Shown here: one piece after another, positions 18,121-26,869 of the stretch
Layout: each line of letters begins with the position of its first letter
Numbering within the stretch: the first letter of the stretch is position 1
Assembly: GCA_049697135.1 (NCBI GenBank)
Contig: JBAVVE010000136.1
Coordinates: 1 to 45,564, forward strand
DNA from: Candidatus Bathyarchaeia archaeon
GTDB taxonomy: Archaea; Thermoproteota; Bathyarchaeia; 40CM-2-53-6
Direction: 5' to 3'
DNA length: 45,564 bases
Program-made: the position numbers and the translations under genes
Notes under the pieces: generated by a model
What the model saw: only the letters and a program-made list of their open reading frames with translations
Told to the model about the DNA's origin: nothing
Databases searched by the model: none

Positions 18121-19434
18121 TTGAGATTCATCGGAGTGACAACAATGACAAAACGTGTTGGAATCGTCCACTACACAAGTCCCGGAGGTTTGGTCGGCGG
18201 CGTGGAACTCGTGATAGACTATCATGCCCGACTTTTGGCTCAAGCTGGATACGAGGTGCACCTAATATCCGGAAACGAGGGTGCGGTCGACCACGCGAAC
18301 GTCGTCGAACATGACCTTCCACTGATCTCTCCTAGGAACCCGCGCGTACTTCGCGTTCAAGAAGAGATCTTGCACAACCAAGATGAGACGCCTGATTTCA
18401 AACTGCTCAAGAAAGAGATCAAGACGGAGCTATTGAGAGCTTTAACAGGCGTAAAGCGATGCATTGTTCACAATATGCCGTCGATGCCATTCAACTTCGC
18501 AGCGACCGCCGCTGTCAATGAGATCATGGATGAATCGGACATCAAGATGATCTACTGGCTGCATGATAGCATACTCCTGAGAGGCGAGTGGAAAGATCGC
18601 ATAGGGAAGTTCCCTGCAAGTCTCCTTCACCATAAGAACCCGAGAACAGTCTTCGTTGCTCCGACGCGTTCTAGAGCGAAGCAGCTCGGAGAACTACCAG
18701 AACCGTACAAGATTGACGACGTTCTTGTCATCCCGAACGGTGTCAGCATTGAAGAATACATCAAGATCGATCAAACCACCAAGGAACTGATGAAGAGACT
18801 AGGTCTACGTTTCGAGAACTACGTAATCGTCACTCCCGTCCGAGTCACGCCGAGAAAGAACATCGAACTCGCTCTGCAAGTCGTAGATGAGCTTAAACAT
18901 CTCTTGGGAGCTGCACAGGACATTAGGCTTCTCATTACCGGTCCTCCGGATCACATGGCAACGAAGATGGGCATCGCATATTTGGAGTATCTGCGGGAAA
19001 TCATCGAGAAGCGCGGACTCGGAGAAGACGTAATCTTCTGTCATGAACTCATCAACCAAAGGAGAGAGTTCGAAAACGGCCACGTAAAGAAGTGGAGCGT
19101 TGCAGACGTCTACAACATAGCAGACCTCGTATTCATTCCGAGCAAGGAGGAAGGCTTTGGACTTCCGGTGATTGAGGCGGGAGCATCGCGAAAGCCAATC
19201 TTCTGCTCCAGGATCCCTCCGTTCCAAGAATTGCTGAGAGATGACATCGAGGGCAGCATGTTCGACTTGAACGAAGATCCAAAGAGCATCGCCTTCAGGA
19301 TCTACAGATCCTATCTAGGGGACAAAGTAGAGAACAACTTTCACAACGTTATCAAGAGATTCGATTGGGAAAAGGTGATCCTCGGCAAGCTTGTGTCACT
19401 GCTTTCGAGCTATTCTCCCAGCGATCGCGGTTAA
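18121..19434 (+). CDS. GT4-like (GT-B) glycosyltransferase
   Basis: The probable start is the ATG at 18145 (MTKRVGIVHYTSPGGLVGGVE). Motif: IPSKEEGFGLPVIEAGASRKPIFCS. It is the last gene of the + strand cluster. Confidence 0.75.
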   Translation: MRFIGVTTMTKRVGIVHYTSPGGLVGGVELVIDYHARLLAQAGYEVHLISGNEGAVDHANVVEHDLPLISPRNPRVLRVQEEILHNQDETPDFKLLKKEIKTELLRALTGVKRCIVHNMPSMPFNFAATAAVNEIMDESDIKMIYWLHDSILLRGEWKDRIGKFPASLLHHKNPRTVFVAPTRSRAKQLGELPEPYKIDDVLVIPNGVSIEEYIKIDQTTKELMKRLGLRFENYVIVTPVRVTPRKNIELALQVVDELKHLLGAAQDIRLLITGPPDHMATKMGIAYLEYLREIIEKRGLGEDVIFCHELINQRREFENGHVKKWSVADVYNIADLVFIPSKEEGFGLPVIEAGASRKPIFCSRIPPFQELLRDDIEGSMFDLNEDPKSIAFRIYRSYLGDKVENNFHNVIKRFDWEKVILGKLVSLLSSYSPSDRG

Positions 19435-19917
19435 TGAAGAAACCCATCAGAACCACTCACAGATCGATAGCGAAAGTCGCTCCATTGGAAGAAACATGGT
19501 TTCTCGAAAGAGCTTCCAACTCTCGAGGGAGCCCCGCAAACTCGAAAGACCGCCATTATGTCCACATACTGCACATTTAGTGTTGACTGTGATCCCTGAC
19601 CCTCTCGTGGGAAAAACCGCTGTCTAAGTTTCGTCTGCAAAAGTGCCTCAGACGTCATCATACATGGAAGCCTAGAGGACGCCGTAAGCCGCGATCGTGC
19701 CCGAAATGCAAGAGCGCTTTCTGGGATAGGCCGACAAGAGACATCATAGTCGCACGCAAGAGATTCACCCTGAGAAAGCGATGAAACGGACGCGATTGGA
19801 GCTCATGTCAGATCGACTTGAAGTTGTATTCAGTACGAGCGTTCATATTGACTGCCAAGACCCATCGTGGGGCTCCTCAGCGAGTTTGCAGTATGTCTGA
19901 GTGGAATGGTAGCAGAA

Positions 19918-21258
19918 CTAGAGTCCTGACGGCTTAGTTTCTACGCTCGATGACAAGAGGAGTACTGGGCCATCTTTGCCCACGATTCTCGCCGTGGCGC
20001 CGGGTTTGAGCAAAGTGTCTGACTTCGCTTTCCAGTACTCGCCATGATACTTGACATAACCTGTTGCTCCGGGTTGGATTTCGTCAACGACCTCCACTTT
20101 GTGCCCGATGAGCTCCCCTATGGCGGGCTTCAGCCTGCGGGCCTTGACGATCTTGTAAACCATGAAGAGGGTGAAGGCTCCGACCACGAGAGCAGCGCTT
20201 AGAACAATCATGACGAAGCTCATGTACCATTCGGGCGAGATTATCCAGCGGGTCGCATCAAGAGGAATCAGGAGCAGACTCCCTAGCACGATGAATGCGA
20301 ATCCGGCGCCGCCCAACAATCCAAACCCCGGCGTGTAGGCTTCGGCTATCATCAGAACCGCACCTATAAGGACTAGAATAAGGGACCCTAGGCTGACGTC
20401 GAGTCCCACACCAATCAGACCTATGATTAGTAGAAGAGCGCCGATTACTTCAGCGCCGTACCCGGGAGACGATATTCCGAAGACCAGTGCGTACAAGCCT
20501 ACGAGGAGGGCCATCGACGCGAGAAGCGGATCTGAGACGATCGCCAATAGCCGAATCCTCACGCTCACGCCGTACTCCTCAATGCTTCCACCGCTTGTCA
20601 GAACGGTCACTTGGCCAGTGAAGGTCTGTACAACCCTTCCATCCGCCGCCGCAACAACCTCAGCCACACTCGGGGCCAGAATCTCTATCACTCCCTGCGC
20701 CAATGCCTCGTCAGCATTCAGGTTGAGGTTCTGCTCAATGAAAGCTCGGGCGGCAGTCTCGTTTCGTCCGTGGGCTCTTGCTCGTTCCGCTATGAACGCG
20801 GTGAGTGCGTTTATGGTCTTGGAGTCGGTTACCGGTTCTGAGCTGCCCAGCGGAGAGTAGCTTACGGGTTGACTGGACCCCACTATAGTGTGCGGGGCCA
20901 TGGCTGCGACATGCGCGCCCATCAGAATGAACGCCCCCGCTGACCAGGCTCTTGCTCCTGCAGGGTAGACGTATGCAATGAATGGAACCGTGGACCGTTC
21001 CATCGTGTCGATAATTGTCATTGCCGCGCTTAGGAGTCCACCGGGCGTGTCGATCAAGAGAACAATCGCGCTTATGGCCTCGCTCTCTGCACGCCGGGTT
21101 GCCTCAATCACCATTTCAGCCGTGGATGCGGTTATGGGACCGGACAGCTCAACGGTCATCACCCGAGGCGTCGCTGAAGCGTCAACAGTGAGCGCGACAA
21201 CTTGGAAGGACACGAAGAGGATTACGAAACATAGAGAAAGGCTTGGCCTCGGTTTCAC
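19918..21258 (-). CDS. NfeD-family membrane-bound ClpP-class serine protease
   Basis: Signal/TM segment, then a ClpP-like domain (LLIDTPGGLLSAAMTI, ARAWSAGAFI), a multi-TM block, and a C-terminal NfeD OB domain (GYVKYHGEYWKAKSD...ARIVGKDGPVLLL). It is the homologue type of Pyrococcus PH1510. Confidence 0.85.
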   Translation of the reverse strand: MKPRPSLSLCFVILFVSFQVVALTVDASATPRVMTVELSGPITASTAEMVIEATRRAESEAISAIVLLIDTPGGLLSAAMTIIDTMERSTVPFIAYVYPAGARAWSAGAFILMGAHVAAMAPHTIVGSSQPVSYSPLGSSEPVTDSKTINALTAFIAERARAHGRNETAARAFIEQNLNLNADEALAQGVIEILAPSVAEVVAAADGRVVQTFTGQVTVLTSGGSIEEYGVSVRIRLLAIVSDPLLASMALLVGLYALVFGISSPGYGAEVIGALLLIIGLIGVGLDVSLGSLILVLIGAVLMIAEAYTPGFGLLGGAGFAFIVLGSLLLIPLDATRWIISPEWYMSFVMIVLSAALVVGAFTLFMVYKIVKARRLKPAIGELIGHKVEVVDEIQPGATGYVKYHGEYWKAKSDTLLKPGATARIVGKDGPVLLLSSSVETKPSGL

Positions 21259-22112
21259 CGAGCCTCTTTCCCATCGGTCTTGACGCTCTTCACCATGCCA
21301 ACGATTCTTGCTATCTCCTCGCCTTGGGTTGTCGTGGTGACGACTACCATGTTCTTCTCACGGGCAATGTCCGTGAGCGTCTGCAGTTCTCGAAGACGGA
21401 TTGCGAAGGGGCTGCTCATGTAGCGGTCTGCGGCCTGCGCCATCTTGTCGGCAGCTAGCAACTCACCCTCTGCCATGATGATTCTTGAGCGCTTCTCGCG
21501 TTCAGCTTCCGCCTGTTTGGCAATCGCTCGAAGCATGCTCTCAGGCATGCTGACGTCCTTGATCGCGACGGTCATGACCTTGATGCCCCAAGGATCCGTG
21601 TAATCGTCGAGGATTGCGCCCACCTTCTTGCTCAGGTCCTCTCTCTTAGTCAACAGTTCATCTAACTCAACCTGGCCAAGGACATCTCGCAGAGTGGTCT
21701 GCGCGAGGAGGTTCGTAGCTTGAAGGTAGTTCTCCACCTGCACAACTGCTTTGGTAGGCTCGTGGACGCGGTAGTAGACGGCGGCATCGACATCCACGCT
21801 GACGTTGTCCCGAGTGATTACGCGTTGGTGCGGAACGTCGAACGCGACGGTCCGCAGGTCGATCTTGATGAACTTGTCAGCGATGGGCACAATCAGGAAC
21901 AAGCCCGGTCCTTTCGCGCCGATGAGCCGACCCAGCCGAAATACGACGCCCCTCTCGTATTCGCGCACAACTTTGATCGCAGACGATAAGATCACCAGAA
22001 CAAGCAGAATCACGATCAGATATGAAACCGAAGACTCTAGGAACTGCCCGACTTGCAGAACAACTCCGGACGAAATCACACACAATCTCCAGACACAGAT
22101 AGGCCGCGCCAC
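21255..22112 (-). CDS. Stomatin/SPFH-domain protein
   Basis: Motifs: KVVREYERGVVFRLGRLIGAKGPGLFLIVPIADKFIKIDLRT...ITRDNV and an EAEREKR coiled coil. Its stop overlaps the NfeD start (GTGA at 21255-21258). The true start may be the GTG at 22079, which is preceded by GGAG. Confidence 0.85.
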   Translation of the reverse strand: MARPICVWRLCVISSGVVLQVGQFLESSVSYLIVILLVLVILSSAIKVVREYERGVVFRLGRLIGAKGPGLFLIVPIADKFIKIDLRTVAFDVPHQRVITRDNVSVDVDAAVYYRVHEPTKAVVQVENYLQATNLLAQTTLRDVLGQVELDELLTKREDLSKKVGAILDDYTDPWGIKVMTVAIKDVSMPESMLRAIAKQAEAEREKRSRIIMAEGELLAADKMAQAADRYMSSPFAIRLRELQTLTDIAREKNMVVVTTTTQGEEIARIVGMVKSVKTDGKEAR

Positions 22113-22443
22113 TTAAATCTCGTTCGGACGGCAGAAGCCACGAAGAAGAGGCGCGCGTATGACTAGGAGATCAATCGCTTCAACCTGAACCAAGCCTCAA
22201 TTGGAATCCGAGAGCGGATTCGTGGTCTTTAGTGGCGGCTTGATCCGATACTCTGGGAATTGGAATTGGTAGGTAGGACGCTTGGAATGCCTAGCCGAGC
22301 GGTCAACATTGCTACAGCAGATGGCGACTCAGCTGTTACAGGACAGCCCTAGTATCCGAAAACAATACGACCGAGACAGAACGGTAACTGACTCAGAACT
22401 CTTAAGTTCGATGCCACGCAGTTACTATGTCTGATGAAACTCC

Positions 22444-22650
22444 ATGGCGGAAAAGGAAAAAGAAAAAACTGCTGAAGCCCTCAGGCAGTTTCAGGAGCAA
22501 TACGACAGGAAACTCGATGAGCTACGCGCGATGTTTGATGGGCTCCGTGAGAGAGGAACGAAGACGGTTACAGAACGACCGTTCCTTGCCTTGGGCGTAG
22601 CATTCGCTCTCGGGCTATCTCTTGGAGTCGCGCTTGCGCGATCAAGATAG
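22444..22650 (+). CDS. Small tail-anchored coiled-coil protein
   Basis: 68 aa with a charged helical N-terminus and a single C-terminal TM helix (FLALGVAFALGLSLGVALA). This resembles the ElaB/YqjD-like architecture, but the similarity is weak. Confidence 0.45.
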   Translation: MAEKEKEKTAEALRQFQEQYDRKLDELRAMFDGLRERGTKTVTERPFLALGVAFALGLSLGVALARSR

Positions 22651-22860
22651 TAGCTGACTGGCATCCGAGCGTCAAAGTTACTCGCTACTCGAGCTCGTAC
22701 TCAAAATGCTGCTGTGAGAAGCTGTTCAAAGAGCTCGTAGCTGGAGGGCAAACCTCCCCTTCCCATTCAGACTGCAATCCATCCGGCCTAGTGTGCAACG
22801 TCCCTGCACCTCGCCTATTGGTGCCGCTCGTGATCGTGTCCACCCCCCTTTAGAGTTGAG

Positions 22861-23316
22861 TTGCCCTTGGATCCGTTGACCATTCTGATCTCAGTTATTC
22901 AAGAGTTCTTCGAGTATTTGCATGCTAACGTTTCATCGATTCCTTTTGCGATTTCTTTTGGCGCTGCCATAGTCTTGACCGCTATGTATCTTGCAAGTTT
23001 CATCTCCAGTACGCTGATAAAGACATTGCTCATACCTGTTTGGGTCTTTTCCGTAGTGACGTATTTCTTCCCCAAGTTGATACCGAAAGAGTATGAGTTC
23101 GCATCTCTCGCCATATTCGCTACCATGGTATTTGCGGGCACTGTGATAATGAGGCTACGACGCAAACCTCAGGCGCAGGCTGCGATGGACAGGGCTTTGT
23201 CAGAGATTGTGGAATGGATGAAAGCGTCTCAGCTATTGAATCCGAACCTGCAAACTGATCCAGAGTACGTCCAGCGTCGGATAAGAGAGATACTGAAGAG
23301 AAACAAGGTGGCCTGA
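22861..23316 (+). CDS. Hypothetical membrane protein
   Basis: 151 aa with a TTG start, 3-4 predicted TM helices and a charged C-terminal helix. No recognisable motif. Confidence 0.4.
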   Translation: MPLDPLTILISVIQEFFEYLHANVSSIPFAISFGAAIVLTAMYLASFISSTLIKTLLIPVWVFSVVTYFFPKLIPKEYEFASLAIFATMVFAGTVIMRLRRKPQAQAAMDRALSEIVEWMKASQLLNPNLQTDPEYVQRRIREILKRNKVA

Positions 23317-23507
23317 CTTGGGGGTAAGGGGCAACGGAGCGGAATGAAGACCTGCCTAGTTCGAACTCTCATAGCGCGATCGTGCGAGCTGATGCAACGC
23401 AATTCGACGAGCAGTTCCCGAGATGAGCCGCGCAAGTCTGCCGGGCGCTTCAGGGGTCAGAAAGCAGCCTGACGATCATCTGATGGTCCTCTTGACATCC
23501 TCGGACG

Positions 23508-24458
23508 TCATCGATCCGGGTTTAGGATTCGGATCTGACGTAGCGCGATGTTTACTCCCTCGTTGGCCAGTCTCTCCAGTATTTGCTGCCGAATCTCCGT
23601 GGTTGCTTGGAAGAACCTTGGAGTTGGAACCCAGAACAGAAGCGTCAACTCTACCCCCGTCTCCTTGAAGTCTCCCACCAGCAATGTTGGTTCAGGTCTT
23701 TTCAGTACATCAGGATTCGCCGTGAGCAAGTCCTTGCAGATTGTGACCACCTTTCTCATATCGGCCTGCGGCTCGACGGGCAGCACGATATCAGCTCTGC
23801 GCTGGTCTATGCTGAAGTTCTTGATCGTAGACCCTGAAACTTTCGAATTGGGTATCACGACTTTCTCTCCGGTCCACGCCCTGACTGTTACGCTCCTGAG
23901 GGAGATGGCTTCCACTTGGCCGCTCTCTCCATCGATAACGACCGGGTCGCCTACTTTGAAGGGCTTGTCAGCCGTCAGTATTATCCCGCTTAGGATGTCG
24001 GCGAAGACCTCCCGGGCAGCCATGCCGACGACGATGCCTGCGAAACCTGCTGAAGCCAGCAAACCGTAGAGAAGTCCACTTATACCAAGATTTGCCAGAA
24101 TTACCGAGAGCGCTGCTAGATATAGGATGACCGCCCCGAACCTCTCAATCATGGTAGTGTAGTGGGGTTCTAGTTCAGCGGAGGTAGCGAATCTCTGGAT
24201 GGCCTTTCGCAAAACAAGTCTGTTCAGCAGATAGGCTACGAGTATCACAACCCCTGCTACTGTCGCCTGAGATACGTACGTCGAAATGCTTCCTGCCAAG
24301 AGTTCGCAGACCCCCTTGAATGTTGGATTCACCCTTCGCCGAGGTATTATAGTGTATCCAACGGAGAATACAGCGTCAGTTCGACAGTCCATTGCAAGAG
24401 AGCATTCCGAGTTTCCCGAATGCGGTGAACCGATAGGATCGCGACGGTATGAGAGCAA
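23508..24458 (-). CDS. Small-conductance mechanosensitive channel (MscS family)
   Basis: TM helices are followed by the MscS signature region FADILSGIILTADKPFKVGDPVVIDGESGQVEAISLRSVTVRAWTGEKVVIPNSKV. Confidence 0.85.
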   Translation of the reverse strand: MLSYRRDPIGSPHSGNSECSLAMDCRTDAVFSVGYTIIPRRRVNPTFKGVCELLAGSISTYVSQATVAGVVILVAYLLNRLVLRKAIQRFATSAELEPHYTTMIERFGAVILYLAALSVILANLGISGLLYGLLASAGFAGIVVGMAAREVFADILSGIILTADKPFKVGDPVVIDGESGQVEAISLRSVTVRAWTGEKVVIPNSKVSGSTIKNFSIDQRRADIVLPVEPQADMRKVVTICKDLLTANPDVLKRPEPTLLVGDFKETGVELTLLFWVPTPRFFQATTEIRQQILERLANEGVNIALRQIRILNPDR

Positions 24459-24481
24459 ATCTGTGTACGAAGCTTAGAAGG

Positions 24482-25260
24482 TCAGCCATCCATTGGACAG
24501 CCGGTATCTCCAGCTGATCGTTCCCCCAGCTGTTCTCTAGTGTGTGATCTTCGACGAACAGGGGGTGTTCCTCTTCTTGTCTCTGCATTTCTCATTCTCT
24601 GATAGCTGTGCGCCACTTCTTGCAGCTTTTGCCGGATCTCCTTGGCACTCTTCAAGAGCTTTCCCGTATCCATCTTTACCCCATACGTGTCGTCCAACGT
24701 GCTGAGCAGTGTCGCTGCACCTTCAGGGTCGGGCATGAACACTGCAGCAGGAGTCAGAAAAGCGACCCCGGAGATCTTCCTAGTCAGGCACTGGCCCAGA
24801 ACGCTACCTGCTATCCCGTGAATAAGAACATGTCCAGAGAGCATTTTGACACCCCTGGCCTCGCATTCCTTGCGCTTCTCGGGTTGCGCGGCACAAAGCG
24901 ATTCACGTTTCTTGGGAATGCCTCTGACCGGGATACCTTCCAGCACGACCAATTCCTTCGCTTTTCTTTCTTCTGCCCAATCGAGGAGTGCAGAGCTTAT
25001 GTTGTACAGGCCTTCGGAAGCTAGGGGGTATCGTATAGCACAACGCATAGTCTCCCCTCTTCATCTGAGTAGACCCTGAAGGGGTGCTTCAGTTTCCAAA
25101 CGCTCGAAACTGCGCGTACTTGCCTCATATGGCCGGTGAAGTTGGTGGACAAGAATGGAGACGACGGGCAATAGGTGCTCGACTGTTTGGTAAGGTCAGT
25201 CTTATTAGGGCTCGAAGAGAAGATCGGGGTGGTGAGCGTTGTATTGGCCAAGAAGAAAGC
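24482..25260 (-). pseudogene. PAC2-family (proteasome assembly chaperone-like) gene, frameshifted
   Basis: ORF 24482..25048 matches the PAC2 C-terminal two-thirds (LVVLEGI..., PDPEGAATLLSTLDDTYGVKMDTGKLLKSAKEIRQKLQE). The preceding PAC2-like stretch HPFRVYSDEEGRLCVVLYDTP lies in another frame and ends at a TAG. The switch is at a C5 run (G5 on the + strand, 24024+1000 = 25024-25028). The upstream boundary is approximate. Confidence 0.5.
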
Positions 25261-25394
25261 CAAGAAGGCCAAAGGGAAGGCCAGAAAAGCGGGGAAGAAG
25301 CGAACTACCATCTCTCCTTGGTAGTCCATGCCCGCACGATATCTCTCTCTCCGGAGTTTCTCCGGTAGGTTTGGTTATCGTGATATACGCACTG

Positions 25395-25481
25395 CTCACG
25401 ATATCCTGTCGTAAGCAGCGTGTAGGTCGCTAGGAAGATCAACATCGCGACCAACTGGTCGCTGAAAACCTGCATCCGCAT
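25395..25481 (-). pseudogene. N-terminal fragment of an ArsB/NhaD-family permease paralog
   Basis: MRMQVFSDQLVAMLIFLATYTLLTTGYRE aligns with the N-terminus of gene 43885..45180 (RIRMQIASEQLIALLIFLVTYLLLATGYRE). DNA similarity is also visible. Homology ends abruptly after ~30 codons. Confidence 0.55.
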
Positions 25482-25660
25482 CTCCAGAACCGGTGCTATC
25501 ACATCATGTAAGTATTCAATCAAGATAGAGGATTCTTTACTGGTAGATTGTGAGGACGACCTTATGCGGGGGTTTTCCTCCCTTGTCACAAGTCGCGGGA
25601 TCATAGAGTAGATCCAAAAAAGGTAAATCCAAATCGATACGAAACCGTAGGAATAGTGGA

Positions 25661-26230
25661 TTGCTAGGAGGGGGCGGTGAAAAGTGGCCAAACGGCCCAT
25701 GCGGGGAAAGGAGGTGTAAGGAAGCCGTGTCTGAAGAACAAAGCAAGAGCATCAAGGCGCTTGCCTACAGGGGCGCTATACGTGGTATTCATGAAGCACT
25801 GAATAACAGGGATGTGGAAAAGGCGGTTTCCTTCTTTGCCGATGATGCGACCATGATAGCGTGTGAAGGCATATTCAAGGGCAGGGAGGAAATCAAGCGT
25901 AGATTCACATGGTTCCTCCGACAGTGGTCAGAGCTCAAGGTCACAGAGAATAAGCTGATTCTCGAGGGAAATCGCGCTGCTCATGAGTATGTGATTGAAG
26001 GTACCACACGTGAGGGTAAGGGACGTTTTCCGGGCGTGGCCATCTATGCGTTTGGAAACGGGAAGGTTCAGCAAGTTCACGATTACTACGACAGACTTTC
26101 GATAGCTCAGCAGTTAGCCAAGGGATGGCTTGCACGCAGAATAGTCAGTTCTATTATTGAGCGAATGGAAGAGGGATTGCATCGACGCGCTGTTTTCTTT
26201 CCGTACAGGCGTCGCTTCAGCCAAGGATAA
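25661..26230 (+). CDS. SnoaL/NTF2-like fold protein
   Basis: The pattern IHEALNNRDVEKAVSFFADDATMIA...GREEIKRRF...HEYVIEGT...GVAIYAFGNGKVQQVHDYYD is typical of SnoaL-like domains. The likely start is the GTG at 25727, 12 nt after GGAGGTG. Confidence 0.7.
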   Translation: MLGGGGEKWPNGPCGERRCKEAVSEEQSKSIKALAYRGAIRGIHEALNNRDVEKAVSFFADDATMIACEGIFKGREEIKRRFTWFLRQWSELKVTENKLILEGNRAAHEYVIEGTTREGKGRFPGVAIYAFGNGKVQQVHDYYDRLSIAQQLAKGWLARRIVSSIIERMEEGLHRRAVFFPYRRRFSQG

Positions 26231-26266
26231 CGTGAACGCATCATCAGGTTCAGGAGAGATATCGAC

Positions 26267-26662
26267 TTAGTTCCCCCGGGTGACACGGATTATGTCCGAC
26301 CCCGTGATTATCCCTGTTTTGCCATGATCACTCTCCACCATCAACCTTCGCACGCGATTGTCTTGCATCTTGTTGGCCGCCTCTTCAACAGTGGACTCCT
26401 CGCTGATGCTTACTATCGGGGAGCTCATTACCTCGCTAACCGTAACCTTCGTCGGATCCAACCCTCTAGATACGACCCTGCCAATTATGTCACGGTCTGT
26501 AATCATACCCGCGGACTCCTCCCCGCGCCTTACAAGAAGTGACGCGATCCCCCTCTCATGCATTAGCCTTGCCGCCTGCATTACGCTGTCCTCCGCGTTG
26601 ACAGCAACCAGGCTTGTAGTCATCAGATCCTTAACTTTCAGCACGATTTCCTTTCGTTCCAA
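26267..26662 (-). CDS. CBS-domain pair protein
   Basis: 131 aa containing two CBS repeats: VKDLMTTSLVAVNAEDSVMQAARLMHERGIASLLV and VSEVMSSPIVSISEESTVEEAANKMQDNRVRRLMV. Confidence 0.85.
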   Translation of the reverse strand: MERKEIVLKVKDLMTTSLVAVNAEDSVMQAARLMHERGIASLLVRRGEESAGMITDRDIIGRVVSRGLDPTKVTVSEVMSSPIVSISEESTVEEAANKMQDNRVRRLMVESDHGKTGIITGSDIIRVTRGN

Positions 26663-26869
26663 TGTTCAAATCTCCGTGATCGTCAGAGTCGAATACATGA
26701 AAGTTCGCTTTCAACCTACCTGTGTTCTTGCGTTAGGGTCCTGAGCCCGCAAGGAACTTGTTACGAACAATGAAATATAGCCGATTCCCACTTTGACCGC
26801 TAATCGATAGAGAGAGACCGCATTGGAAAGGGAAACAGTCCCAACGAGAAGTGCAGGAGAGACCGGCAC

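Noticed and set aside
23548-24069. 173-aa plus-strand ORF opposite MscS
   Set aside because: It is an antisense shadow ORF. The MscS signature is on the minus strand.
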